A stretch of 62,696 nucleotides of DNA, the filler included, from Stramenopiles sp. TOSAG23-6 (taxonomy: Eukaryota), in the NCBI GenBank assembly GCA_900128565.1. It is 7 parts of 7 records of this genome, joined end to end, with 100 filler letters (N's around TTAATTAATTAA, not from the genome) between each part and the next. Parts side by side here need not be neighbours in the genome. Positions count along the whole stretch, not along the records: positions 12,002 to 23,891 come from LT636231.1; positions 23,992 to 35,827 come from LT636232.1; 5 more parts are not named here. One strand, 5' to 3'. Shown one piece after another: positions 12,004 through 24,151 of this stretch. Below the pieces are notes generated by a model, which searched no databases, was not told the DNA's origin, and was given only the letters and a program-made list of their open reading frames with translations. How positions within the stretch are numbered: the stretch's first letter is position 1; every line of letters starts with the position of its first letter. Position numbers and translations under genes: made by a program.

Positions 12004-13323
12004 AAGCCAAAATCAAAAAAAAAGGAAAAACAAAAGAAAAAGAAAAACAAGAAAGCAGCAAAAGCAGAAGCAAAAAAAAAAAAAGAAGATGAGGAAGAAT
12101 GGTTAAACAGGCAAGTAAAAGCAGCATCTCGTGCAAGAGAACAATTAGCTAGACAGCAAAATGCCAAAATAGCACAATTAGCTAGAGAGAAAAATGCCAA
12201 AAGTTTGTTTCCTCTTAGAGGTGCAAGGTTTGAATATGAAATAAAAAGGGACATTGAAGATCAGAAAATTATTGACACGATGGTAAAGGAAAAATATGCG
12301 AAAATTCCCATGGAATTTGCCGTAATTACATTTTTCTTCTCTGATGCAGTTGATGTATTTATGAGCGGTTTGAAACAACAAAGAGATGTATTTGTGAAGG
12401 GATCGAAACGAGAAAAAAGACAAAGATATATTCCGGATCGTGCGAAGGATTTTAGTTTCGATAAAAAGGTGACATCTAAAGATTTAAAACTTTTCTTGGT
12501 TCATGAAATTGGTGAAAAAGTAGTGAAATTTCTTCCTAAAGTCAAAGAGGATATGGATGAAGAACTATCACAAAAAGGAATGTCCGATGCTGATGCGAGA
12601 CGTCTCTGTAACAAGTTCATTGAATATGTGATACAAAATATTTCTGATGCAGAAGAAATTACTGGTAAAAAGCCAATGCTTCAAAAGACTTTGAATTNAC
12701 ACGGCGAGAGCGACCTTTTNTTGAATAGAGATATCAAAGCTAATATATTAAATAGTTTTGATGTAATTGCAAATGTCTTACAACAGAATATGCACACAGA
12801 ACCGAATATGCGCACAATGAAGTCAAGTTCTCTACCACATGTGTGGTTACGCCAGATGAAACGCCCAGAAGTTGCTGTTCGCCTTAAAGGAAATCAACAG
12901 TACATGCATTCAAGAATTGACCCGGCGATCTTTATATTTCATTTTTTGAAGCTTCAAAAAAAAAGTATTTTTCATCAAGTCTTTGAAGTCCCAGACCAAG
13001 ATAGAGACCCNAAGGATCAAANTATTCAATTTTCTGCACCCATTTATCTGCATTTCTATCGGCAACGTCGGGAACAAACAATGATGGAGGGCCTACCACT
13101 GGAAAGTTTTATTGACCTTTTACAAGTCTTGGGTGATACNCCAGCGAGAGGTGCAGTGCAAACGACACCTGTTCGTCTTGAGCCTGAACCACTACCNCCA
13201 NAAGAAGCAGCTCGTCTACAAATATTGAGAGGNGCAAGTAAATCTACTGTTACAACTGCATCATCAAATGAAATTNCAGAAGCAGTGTCTGTCCNTGATG
13301 GTGAAAGTTCTACTGAAAAATAA
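12004..13323 (+). CDS. Hypothetical protein (duplicate of 3-1322)
   Basis: Identical ORF. Confidence 0.6.
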   Translation, partial: KPKSKKKEKQKKKKNKKAAKAEAKKKKEDEEEWLNRQVKAASRAREQLARQQNAKIAQLAREKNAKSLFPLRGARFEYEIKRDIEDQKIIDTMVKEKYAKIPMEFAVITFFFSDAVDVFMSGLKQQRDVFVKGSKREKRQRYIPDRAKDFSFDKKVTSKDLKLFLVHEIGEKVVKFLPKVKEDMDEELSQKGMSDADARRLCNKFIEYVIQNISDAEEITGKKPMLQKTLNXHGESDLXLNRDIKANILNSFDVIANVLQQNMHTEPNMRTMKSSSLPHVWLRQMKRPEVAVRLKGNQQYMHSRIDPAIFIFHFLKLQKKSIFHQVFEVPDQDRDXKDQXIQFSAPIYLHFYRQRREQTMMEGLPLESFIDLLQVLGDXPARGAVQTTPVRLEPEPLXPXEAARLQILRXASKSTVTTASSNEIXEAVSVXDGESSTEK

Positions 13324-13376
13324 TATATTTCAAGTTAATAACAAGGAAAACAATATAATTTATGTATAAAATTTTA

Positions 13377-15044
13377 CTAATTGTTGTCATCATCTTCACT
13401 ACTTTGAAAACATTTAAAACACGCTCTAAATCTTCCCTTGGATCTTTTTGTTGTNGTTTGACGAGGTAATAGTGNGGCATGCAAAGAATCAATATCTGTA
13501 TATTTCATATGCTTTACTTTTTNCCGTGTTTTTGATTGTTGGATATTTGGAGGTACTACTATTGCAGAAGTTGCTTTTTTCATTTCCCCTAATATCCCTT
13601 CATACGGATTTGGCCGTGCTGGATTTGAGTAGGTATAACATTCGCGTTGTAATTCTTCATCTTTGGTATGTTTGGCGGTCCACAGTANATATTCAGAAAT
13701 AGATCTGTACATGACATTTAAGTTCATCAATGCATTCAGGGATGCTAAAAAATCTGGTTTATTGCACTCTCTCATTAGATTGAGTACTTTGTGTATTTCA
13801 AGACTCTTTTCGGCAGTTTCAGGCGTTTCTTTCAATGAAGATATATATGACTGTAATCGANCAATATTTNTTTTCATCCATGTAGTAAAAGCATCTGGAT
13901 CAAAATGTGTGACATGTTGCGTATCTACTACAGAGCTTGAACCCCCATCAAAGACATACAGTGAAAGCATAGGTTCAGATATAAGTGCCGATCCTAGGGG
14001 GAAACTTATTGTATCAAGAATGACCATCGCAAATCCCCAATGATCCCACGCGTATGCAAGACTAGTTCTGTCCGTAGTATTGGTTTGTCTTATTGAGCCT
14101 CGAATGAAANCTTCTGGTGGCATAAACCTTGTAGATCCAACCTTCTTCAGTTGCCATTCTGTTGTTTCTACAGATAAGCCGAAGTCTATCAAATATGCTT
14201 TTTCGTGATCTTCACTAAGAACAATGTTTTCAGGTTTGAGCTATAGTTTTATGACATATTTATTAAGTATTTNGTAATTAGAAGGATTTATAATAAGTAC
14301 ATGAAAATAAACAAAAATAATTATAAAAGATAAAAGGATTATCAACATTGAAAAGCAACAAAATGGAAAACATACGTCTTGAAAAATGATACCAATATCA
14401 TGCAAGCATTCNATTGCAACAGCAATTTGTCCAAGCCAATTTGGTAGCAGTTTCATAAATGAATCAATCTGGTGTGCAGAACGAGTGAATTCAAAAAGGT
14501 CACCACCACCATAAAATTCTAAAAGCATCATATGGTTACCATCTTCGTCTAGCAATTTGAAGTCATTTCTTTTTTTGGAAGCCAAGCGTACAACATGCGG
14601 ACATCTTTGAGCACGTCGAGTCAATTCGATTTCTTTTCGGAAACGAGAATTTTTCATAGATATTGACTCATNATCCTCATATGGGCTATACTTAAATTTT
14701 TTCAAAACCATTACTTTCTTTTTGGCAACATCACGTACTTTTAGAATGATTCCTTGAGAACCTTCGCCAATTTTGGAATGTTTCAATAACTTTGTCAATT
14801 TTCGGCGGAAAATCTGAGAAGCAAAAGATTTGACATGGTTCGGTTTGATTTCCTGCAAGATTTTAAATCGTTGTGCAATATTCGAATACTGAAAAAGNCT
14901 GGAGTTTATTTTATTATAATTGGCATTTGCCGTTGTTTCTTTAATCGATGTTGGGTCTCCCGTTATTTCNTGCGACTTTGAAAGTATAAAGAATATATGA
15001 AGAGTCAATANTATCAACGTGGGTTTACAATGAATTTTATGCAT
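13377..15044 (-). CDS. Ser/Thr protein kinase (duplicate)
   Basis: Identical to 1376-3043; intron 14375-14241. Confidence 0.85.
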
Positions 15045-15503
15045 AGCTAANGTATAAAGGTAGAAGATACCTCAAATATGTACTATTTTATTACAAGTAT
15101 GAATGATAAAATTGTTGTGTAGTACCGAAAGCCAATTTTAGTGCATGTGGTGTGGATAGCCAATGAATTTGACAGCAGCATCATTTTGATGATTTTAAAT
15201 TTTTAATCGAAATGAAATCTCTCTCTCTNACGGTAATTTNCGCGTGTATTAGATGTTATGACGTGAATTGATGTTTTCAATTTTCGGTATCTTTATTTGT
15301 CCTTGACAATAATTAGTAATACAATACCCTCATTGTTTTCATATCGGTTCACATGGAATTTTCAAGTAATATAAATAATTTGAAGTNTTTTTTTNAAGAT
15401 TTCTTTATTTTTAAAAGTTGCTTTAGTTCAACTTTTAGCNACAAATTTAACTAAAAACAAAGCACGCGTTTCGAGACTCTTTTATTGCAGTTATTAGAAT
15501 ACA

Positions 15504-16265
15504 TTACGTATTTAATGAATAAGCAAGTGGAAACTCAGAAATTATTTGAGCAAGATACTCATTTGCTATACATCGATTGCACACTTTTTCTCGAGTACAA
15601 GTTTGGCACTCTTNATTCAGTGCCCCATAGTTATCTTGAAAATTCACCCTCATAAATGTCAACAAAAGACCTGATATACTNTTGCACTCATTGGCAAAGA
15701 ATTCTACCGATGGATCTACATTCATATATTGATCTGCTGCTCCTTCTTTGCTTTCTTCTGATTGAGCTAATTTGCGCAAACTTTGCTCTTTCAGTCGTAA
15801 AANTAAAAGAAGGCATTGCAATTTTAAAGTACTTTTGTGACTGATCATTGTTCTATCTCTTGCAATTATACCTGGAATAAGTGAGCTTAACTGTTTCGAA
15901 TCAAAAAAGAAGAAAAATGCCCTAGGAGAGCGCTTTGCTGCTATCTCTAAAATACGCTTTCCAGATACATGTGCATAAGGTCGAATGTCATCTTCTACAA
16001 AGAAACCATTGTGAGGCACTCGTTTAGGAGATCTTCGCTTGTTTGTACCAGGTATTCTTCTCTCATCACTTGTATTCTTATTATTTGTGAAGCATGNACG
16101 ACTAACACTTTGATCGCGTACCTCAAGATACCAAAGAATTGCAGTTTGTAAAAACTGCCGACTAGCAATTTCAGTTACTGGACAACGCTCTAGAATTTTT
16201 TCTAGTTGAAGCTTTACTGAAAATTCTGGTTCNGGTGAAGATATTAAATTGTTTAAAATATCCAT
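15504..16265 (-). CDS. Hypothetical protein (duplicate)
   Basis: Identical to 3503-4264. Confidence 0.55.
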   Translation of the reverse strand: MDILNNLISSXEPEFSVKLQLEKILERCPVTEIASRQFLQTAILWYLEVRDQSVSRXCFTNNKNTSDERRIPGTNKRRSPKRVPHNGFFVEDDIRPYAHVSGKRILEIAAKRSPRAFFFFFDSKQLSSLIPGIIARDRTMISHKSTLKLQCLLLXLRLKEQSLRKLAQSEESKEGAADQYMNVDPSVEFFANECXSISGLLLTFMRVNFQDNYGALNXECQTCTREKVCNRCIANEYLAQIISEFPLAYSLNT

Positions 16266-16576
16266 TATAGCTAATACATCAAAAANCCCTTTAATGTCAT
16301 AAAACAGAGAAAATTCAGTGTATTACAAATACAGTTTTGTACACACGGTCAGATGCAAATTGCGGAAGATCAGTAGGGTATCAAAAACTTTCCAAGAAAT
16401 TTTTTTGACCGTTTCNANTTCTCTCGATATGGAACNAACCTGCTTTTTTNAAAATGGATTCAGTCAGTTTCGCGAAAGCAATGACTTCTTCTCTCTTCCC
16501 CGTGTGCCGTCCCTGTTTGGTGTTTGCTTGTGGTGTTTTCTGTTGTTTCTATTACCTCTCAAAACAAATACACAAA

Positions 16577-17256
16577 ATGGTACAGACTAAACGCAGAAGA
16601 AATTACCGCAAAACTTTCAAGACTCCTCGTCGTGCATACGAAAAGGAGCGTCTTGACCAGGTATGTAGAATCTATAACAACGTCTCCACATTGCATTGAC
16701 TATTTACCCACTTTTCACTTTTTTACTCACCCTTTCTTCTTTTATTATATTTCACTCATTACAGGAATTGACCTTATGTGGTGAATTCGGACTCCGTTGT
16801 AAGAAAGAAATCTGGCGTGTTCAGTTAGTTCTTGCTAAGATCCGTAAGACTGCACGTCAGCTTTTGACTCTTGACGATAAAGACCCAAAGAGAATCTTCG
16901 AAGGTCACTCTCTCATGCGCCGTCTCGTTCGCTACGGACTTCTCGGAGAAGATGAACGCAAGCTTGATTACGTTCTTCAGCTCGGAACACAGAAGCTCCT
17001 TCAACGTCGTCTTCAGACTTTGGTAGCTAAACTTGGTCACGCTAAATCTATTCACCACGCACGTGTGATTATTAGACAACGCCACGTCCGTGTTGGTCGT
17101 CAACTCGTCAATATTCCTGGATTTCTTGTTCGTCAAGATTCTGAACGCCACATTGGATATACTATGAAATCACCATTGGCTTCTTCCCAACACTTTGGTC
17201 GCGTTGCACGTAAGAAAAATGCTGCTGCTGCTGGAGGAGATGAAGACGATGAATAA
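16577..17256 (+). CDS. RPS9: 40S ribosomal protein S9 (duplicate)
   Basis: Identical to 4576-5255; intron 16661-16764. Confidence 0.97.
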
Positions 17257-18100
17257 GTCGATTTTCGTACGCAATTTCGTACTTAATGATTCCATCAAGT
17301 TCGTTTGAAAGTTGTTTTTTTTGGTAAGATGAAGTCATTGTGATGGCAAAATTTATATTTATAGAAAGANATCAAAAACNATTGATGTGTTATTGTGTAT
17401 GTTGTTTACTACAACTTTTTGTAGTGTATTTGTTCAACATTTTTTATTGAAATAATAAAATAATCTGAGGTTTTCCTCGTGTTACCCGGTAACCAATGCT
17501 ACACGAATGTTGATGTGCATAGTATAGTTGGAAACAACTTTTCTATGATTATAANTACATTTCGTTGAAGCATTGGTTATGTCTGCACACACTTGCTTAT
17601 ATTAATCCTATTTGGATGGCCCTGGCACGGCACTTTCCCTCTTTTTTTNTTTNTNTTTNTNTTTTNCTACCAATTTTTAGTATACAAATCTGTTTTTTTG
17701 NCAACTTTTTCCCAAGTATAGAAATGTATTTTTTTTTGTATTGTGTGTGTTTCAACAAGTACTAGGTATATCATTGTTATAGNAACGTAAAGAAGTGGAT
17801 TATGATTAAACTATATGATACATATTGTAGAAAGGGAAGTTGACGATTACAAAACTGTAGTAGGGTTAGGGTTCTTTTTTAGGTAATGAATTTTCGTACG
17901 AAATAAATTGTGCAAATATATTATATTTTTCCAAAATATCTTTTTGCCATTTCAATTTTCAACGGATTTGTTGTAAATTCTTTTCTTCTTCTCTACAACT
18001 TTTGTAAGAATAATATTGATGTTCTTGAGTCCATAATTCTGGTGCGCGTCTCATTATATAGAATTAACCAAGTGAAATAGTTAAATATATTTATTAGCAT

Positions 18101-19021
18101 ATGAATACATTGAATGATTGTAGTGGCAAACATAAAACTCTTGCACTTCAAAATGAAACACAAATAATGTCAAAAACCTCGACAAATACTACTTCTATTC
18201 ACTATAGCAGTGAAAGAAATGATACATATAAAAAGATTCCAAAGCATTTCAATACCAATACCATGAACGTTCGAAATATCTTTGTCAACACGGATAAACT
18301 TACGAGGATTGATCGTGCAAAGAAAGATAAATTATGGTCAAGNGACGTATCACCTCTATACAAATCAAAAAATCTCATGTTTGGGCGAAGAAGAAGAGAA
18401 AATACTTCTGTAACAAATACAGAACATGTAAATNATATTAAGTTTACTAATACAAGTCAGTCAACATATAGATCTGCATTTCAATATAGTCCTCGAATGC
18501 GAAAGCCGAAAAGATCTATAGACGATACGAANACTTCAACAACAAAAACACAAACAAGACAATTTAAGGCTTCTTTAGACCCATTGAATATGTTGGTTGT
18601 TGATAATACACACAATACTGATAATAATATACGCCATACACTATTATCTAGATCAAAATATTCGCGCATGAAAAGACGACGAATGCATTCCACATCAACT
18701 GCTGTGGAATCCTTGAAAAAAAGCGAGGAAGATTCGACATTTGTTAATAACGAACTTCATCTTTTCAAAAATCAAAAGAAAAATGATACAAAAATGAAAA
18801 ATAACAGTGGGGATATGAATGATAAAGATGAAATCAGTACTCAAAAAATAAAAGGTAGAGAAATGCATCGATGTAAAGGCCGAAATTTTTTTCCTGAAGA
18901 GAAAATGACGTCACTAATCAAATATGATGTAGTAACAACTAGTCCGATTTCGTGTAAGAATCATTCTATCTTATGGAAAGGTTTGTCAGCTATGAAAATT
19001 TTAACCCCAACAAGCTGTTAA
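18101..19021 (+). CDS. Hypothetical protein (duplicate)
   Basis: Identical to 6100-7020. Confidence 0.55.
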   Translation: MNTLNDCSGKHKTLALQNETQIMSKTSTNTTSIHYSSERNDTYKKIPKHFNTNTMNVRNIFVNTDKLTRIDRAKKDKLWSXDVSPLYKSKNLMFGRRRRENTSVTNTEHVNXIKFTNTSQSTYRSAFQYSPRMRKPKRSIDDTXTSTTKTQTRQFKASLDPLNMLVVDNTHNTDNNIRHTLLSRSKYSRMKRRRMHSTSTAVESLKKSEEDSTFVNNELHLFKNQKKNDTKMKNNSGDMNDKDEISTQKIKGREMHRCKGRNFFPEEKMTSLIKYDVVTTSPISCKNHSILWKGLSAMKILTPTSC

Positions 19022-19538
19022 AGCATACAATGATTCGAAAAAAAAAAAAAAAATGATTGTTTATGTGTATACTTATAGCACAATATATTATATATGAGTG
19101 GATGGTTGAGCTATTAAAAAAAATCATTAGGTACAAAATTTCGTACTAAAAAAAAATGAAATTCATGATGCTTATATATGACATTTGTGAAAATGACAAA
19201 CAAATATCTGTTTTGTTATGAAAAAATATATTTTTTTTTTAATAAACAGAAAGAAGATAAAAAAAACGTCATAGAAAAATTTACACAAATATATAACAAA
19301 CATCATTCTTTTATGTCACTACGACTTTTGTTAGTTAGATATCATGCTGACCGGCTGGCCTACTCGGTTCTTCTTTATAACCATAGCGATAGCTAGAAAG
19401 AAACGCCATCGATTTTGACAATTTGACACGCGACACGAGTTCGAGTTCAGTTCGAGTTCTTATTTTCTTCTGGGAACACATCTTCTTGATCAGTATAATC
19501 GTATAATCTTGTAATTATCTACCATTACATCCCAAGTA

Positions 19539-20486
19539 ATGAAATCTTATGAATTATTTTTTTTATTCTCACTATTATATGGGATTCGTCCATCATGTGT
19601 ACAATCAAAAACCATTAATGAGAATGACACATTTGGTACTTTTACTGCTTCAAAGTGTAACCTCAAACGTGTTCGAGAAAGTCTCCTAATTATATGGAAA
19701 CAACATTATTTAGAGTCCCTTGCCGATTCTAATTATTTAACATCAAAGTATGATGATGTCGTTTATTCTGATCCAAATGCACCATGGTTCCAACTAGATC
19801 GAGAATTTAGCTCAAATATAGCAGGAGAAACTGGTGCTGTGGGTATTTATTTAGGTGCTAAAACTGGACTTCTTCATCGCAGCATCCTTCAGAAACAGTT
19901 CGATAGGTTGTATGGATATGTATGGTTATTTGAATACTCTAAAAAAGACACCAAACAATTTGATGTAGCTCCTGAAGTTACACGCTTTATTGAGGAACAT
20001 TTAAAGACAGAAAGAAGGCATTTAGANATATTTCAGAAACTTCTTCCCCCAGAAGAAGGAAAATATACTCAGTTATTGTCATTATGGNCAACATTTGGCT
20101 TTATTCTTGGATATTTACCAACAATGATTTGTGGACATAATTGTTTATTCCATACTATTGATGCAGTTGAAACTTTTGTTGAAATACACTATAATAATCA
20201 AGTGTTATTTTTGCAAAAATATGTAGAAAACAAAGATATAAAAAGTAAAAATAATATTTTTCAAAGTGAATGCCTTGAAATGAGTCATGATGATANCCCT
20301 CAGTTAATCACGTTGTTGAAGAGCCTTCAACTAGAAGAAATAAAACACAAAAATGAAGCACACTTTCATTGTCAAAATCTTCTGAGTGATACAAAAAGTC
20401 ATATTTATAATAATTTAGCTATAATTTGGCGTGAAATTGTCATGTTTGGCAGTAGTGTCGCAGCTGACATAGCACGATATATTTAA
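19539..20486 (+). CDS. COQ7-like di-iron protein (duplicate)
   Basis: Identical to 7549-8496. Confidence 0.75.
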   Translation: MKSYELFFLFSLLYGIRPSCVQSKTINENDTFGTFTASKCNLKRVRESLLIIWKQHYLESLADSNYLTSKYDDVVYSDPNAPWFQLDREFSSNIAGETGAVGIYLGAKTGLLHRSILQKQFDRLYGYVWLFEYSKKDTKQFDVAPEVTRFIEEHLKTERRHLXIFQKLLPPEEGKYTQLLSLWXTFGFILGYLPTMICGHNCLFHTIDAVETFVEIHYNNQVLFLQKYVENKDIKSKNNIFQSECLEMSHDDXPQLITLLKSLQLEEIKHKNEAHFHCQNLLSDTKSHIYNNLAIIWREIVMFGSSVAADIARYI

Positions 20487-20560
20487 TTAACTCTAACCCT
20501 AATAAATTTTAAAATATATCTAGTACAAAATTAAATGTGATAAAATGCAATGCATATTAT

Positions 20561-22131
20561 TCAGTCTTGACAGGCAAATGGTTTATAGACACCAGGCGAT
20601 CCATGTGATGATTCTAGCCCTAACCCTAACCCTGAACAAATTCCAACAACCAAAATTATGCAAAATCCAATATTAAGTAAAACATATAATGACACGAAAG
20701 GAACTTCTAAAAAGCCTACTCTTAAATATAATAACTTATAAGNCATGAGAATTGTTCCACTAGGGAGTAAATAAAATATCACATTTTGACATAGGCCATA
20801 AAAGAAAGCGAATAGATCTGACACGTGTCGTGAAATATATGTCAAATTTGAGATTGATTNCGTACAGATTTTGGTACAAAACAAATAAATTTGAAAAGAA
20901 AGATGAAAACATACATAAACGGTACGACACAAGCTAAGATAAAGCAAAATGATACTAGTAAAATTGTCATACTAAACCACTGAAATATGTCTTGTGTTTT
21001 TGTCACAAAATGAAAAACTCCTTTATAATGTAGCGTTTTTCTTATTATTTGCAATAGGACTATTTGACGTATTGTATAACCAACTATNAGATTAACTAAT
21101 AATATTATGGTACAAGTTTTCATGATATACCAATTTTGTAGTATTTGTATTAACGTGGACGGTGTTTTTTCACCCATAATCATGAATGCAAGGCAACATA
21201 AAGATATATAGGCTGCAATGATAATAATTAAAGAAATAAAAGTTGCTTTCGGAAAATCACGCGGTTGTTTCATTTCTCTGACAATTTCCAAGTAAACATC
21301 ACAGCTAGAAAAAACAAATTGAATACCTAAAATAGCATACGCTATATCCCAGACTTCACTTTTTAAATTTTGATTATCATAGATAGCTTTTGGAGTTAGA
21401 AGATTCAACTTTTTTCTTTCATTCTTTCCAAATAAAACACCGGAACTCAAAACAAAAAGGATCACAAATGAAAAACAAGATACCACACTAAAGTATACTA
21501 CATTCGACAGCTTCTGAATCTGTGCTGGTATAATCACACATAAGCACATTATAATNGTAGAAGTCGGTAAACAAATTACATATTCAGCTGTCANTTGAAC
21601 TAATTTTCCCCCTAGTCGAAGATACAAAGACATCGTGTATATTAAATAGAAAATATGGAAAAAGTACACAAACGAATACCACTTTTTACCTAAAATTTGA
21701 TACACTNCATCAGCAAAATTTTGCGCATTTGGAAAAGCAATATGAANTCGTGTAAATATTATACTTGTGTAAAGTGTGACTAGAAAGAACGAAAAAACAA
21801 CTATAAAACCGTATACCAAGCCGAGAGCNCTAAAGTTACCCATAATTGACATAACTCCTGCACACCCCAATATGTTACTAGATTGTAACAGAATGGTATC
21901 TAATAAATTATTTCCCCCCTCCCTTACTTTAGTATTGTTTCTTTGCCGAAAATGTCTAGACAATGTATAATTTTCAATGTGCTGCAACTTGCGTGAATCA
22001 ACCACTTTCTGAGAATCACTACTATTCGTGTGAATATACTTACTATTGGACACTTCATGTGAATCATTNTCGTCGAGTAGTNGAAGAGACTCGACATCAT
22101 CATTTTCTTTTTGATGTAAAGACATTACCAT
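20561..22131 (-). CDS. Amino acid transporter (duplicate); GT-GT introner intron 20914-20823
   Basis: Near-identical to 8571-10141. Confidence 0.85.
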
Positions 22132-22498
22132 TTATCTTTCCCACTTTTAAAACGGAAGATTCGGTGTATTTTTCACTATTTTTAGAGGTATTTTTTTTCG
22201 AAAATTTTTTTTGAAATTTTTTTTTTGAAAGATTTTCGCACAAACCTGTTTCACGTCACTCGNACTNAAAAAAAAATATTCAAAAAGTTTCAAAAAACGT
22301 TTCAGAATTTCAGAAACTTCTTTTGTGCTTTGGTACACTTTTCTTGTACTTAAAACTAAGAATTTTCTTTGAAATACCCTCGTTCAACTCTTTCGCNAAA
22401 AAGATTCAAGAAAAGCTATCATTGTTTTCTCCAAAAAAATTGACAATTGTTGCCATTATTAGTTTCCACTTGATTACGCCTTNAAAACATCTCTCAAA

Positions 22499-23839
22499 AT
22501 GATGGATGATACCCTTATTGCAGAACTCGCTGAACCAGCAGAGACAAAAGTAACAGCTCCAGGTCATGAACTTCCACTGGCCACCCGCCAAGTAACAGTG
22601 TCTAGTGAAACTGATAATATATGGGAGGAATTAGGAGAAAATTCTCGTATATCTCATAATGAGACAAGACAGCAATCTGGTACACCTGTAGATTCGGTAT
22701 CCGAAGGTCCTTTTGCTTTTTTTGAGCGTGTTCGTGAAGTTGTTTTGGGTTCTTCACCTGACAAAACTCCTTTTAATGACTGCGTTGAAGACGCAGAAGA
22801 CTTGGAAGCTCCGTACCACCCTGTATCAAATGGACAGCAACAAGGAAGTTGTGACAATCAGTGTACAGATTCCTATTCTCGTGAATTTTTTTCGGGTGTT
22901 CAAGATGTTCCTGGCACAGAGTCACTTCTTGGCGGAAACCGTCGTGTAATTGTGTCGCATGAGACAAATACTAACGGTGCTCTACGAAGTCTTAACTGTA
23001 TACGTAATTCTGTACATGTTGTTGGTGATGGTATTGTTGGTGCAGGTGTTGGTCTTGGTATAGTTAGTGGTGATGCAGTGTCTAGTGATGAAGAGGACTT
23101 TATTGACACTGATAAGTTGACAGGATCAACAACAACCAGAAATATTGGAAATTCTACTGCTAGTGGAAAAGAATGGGCCGCTGTATCAAATCTTGATCAA
23201 TTCTTTCAAGAAATGTATAAGTATTACCGTGAGAAAGGATTCGTATGTATGGTTCTCACAAGACTAACTAATTTAGCATCATTAGCTTTCACAATTGCAT
23301 TCTCAACTTTTGTATTTTTATTTGTGAATTGGTCCAATTTACTAAAGTGTCACTCAGAAAGTTCTTGTAAAACTTTAGAAGAATACATCACATTTGACTC
23401 TCTTACTACCATGTGGAATAACCCATATGCTTCAAGTCATTGGGAAAAAATTGTGGCTGGATATACCATTGTTTTTTTCATCCACTGGCTGTGGTCTTTT
23501 TTATCTTTTTTTCCGACGCTAAAATGCGCATTTGAAATGAAAAAATTTTATAGAGATAAATTAGGCCTTCGAACACGGGATCTTCAAACAATACCATGGA
23601 GTGAAGTGACAAAGAGACTTGCTCAGTTACAATGTAATGGCGTTTATATAATGCAAATTAACAAAAATGATGTTAATGCGCATGATGTTGCAAGTCGAAT
23701 TATGCGGAAGGATAATTATTTAATTGCATTATTCAACAAAAATATTTTAGATTTATCAATTCCATTACCCTGTCCAATCCGATGTGTGATAGAAAAGTTA
23801 TTGGGGAAATTAAATACAAAAATGTATTTAACAAGACAT
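22499..23839 (+). CDS. ATG9: ATG9, partial (duplicate)
   Basis: Identical to 10509-11849. Confidence 0.93.
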
Positions 23840-23995
23840 GTATGTTTTCAGGATCAATTTTAAATTTATTTATATTTCGTACGAAATTTTGNNNNNNNNN
23901 NNNNNNNNNNNNNNNNNNNNNNNNNNNNNNNNNNNTTAATTAATTAANNNNNNNNNNNNNNNNNNNNNNNNNNNNNNNNNNNNNNNNNNNNAACT

Positions 23996-24108
23996 ATAGG
24001 GAGTGATTACGACACATGACCTGTTCTGAACGATATTTGCTTTGAGCCACCCTTTAGGGAGGTTCGGCTAACGTGTGGATACAACATGCACCACCAAATG
24101 AACCCTAT
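23996..24108 (+). ncRNA. Box C/D snoRNA, snR55/U33-like (copy 1)
   Basis: ATAGGG/CCCTAT terminal stem, box C GTGATTA, box D ATGA; guide CATGCACCACCA is antisense to conserved SSU UGGUGGUGCAUG, and D+5 falls on the U equivalent to yeast Um1269. Confidence 0.7.
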
Positions 24109-24151
24109 CATTTGTTCTTTTCCTATTTCCCCCTTTTTTTTTCTATTTTAG

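Larger units (their letters stand above)
12002..23891 (+). repeat. Near-identical second version of contig 1-11901 (haplotype or assembly duplicate)
   Basis: Same start and end; differs by an 11-nt net indel near 7030/19030, a nearby SNP and a few extra Ns. Confidence 0.95.

Noticed and set aside
1-23891. 12-kb tandem segmental duplication
   Set aside because: The copies are separate contigs with identical ends joined by an artificial spacer among similarly sized contigs; best explained as haplotype or assembly redundancy.
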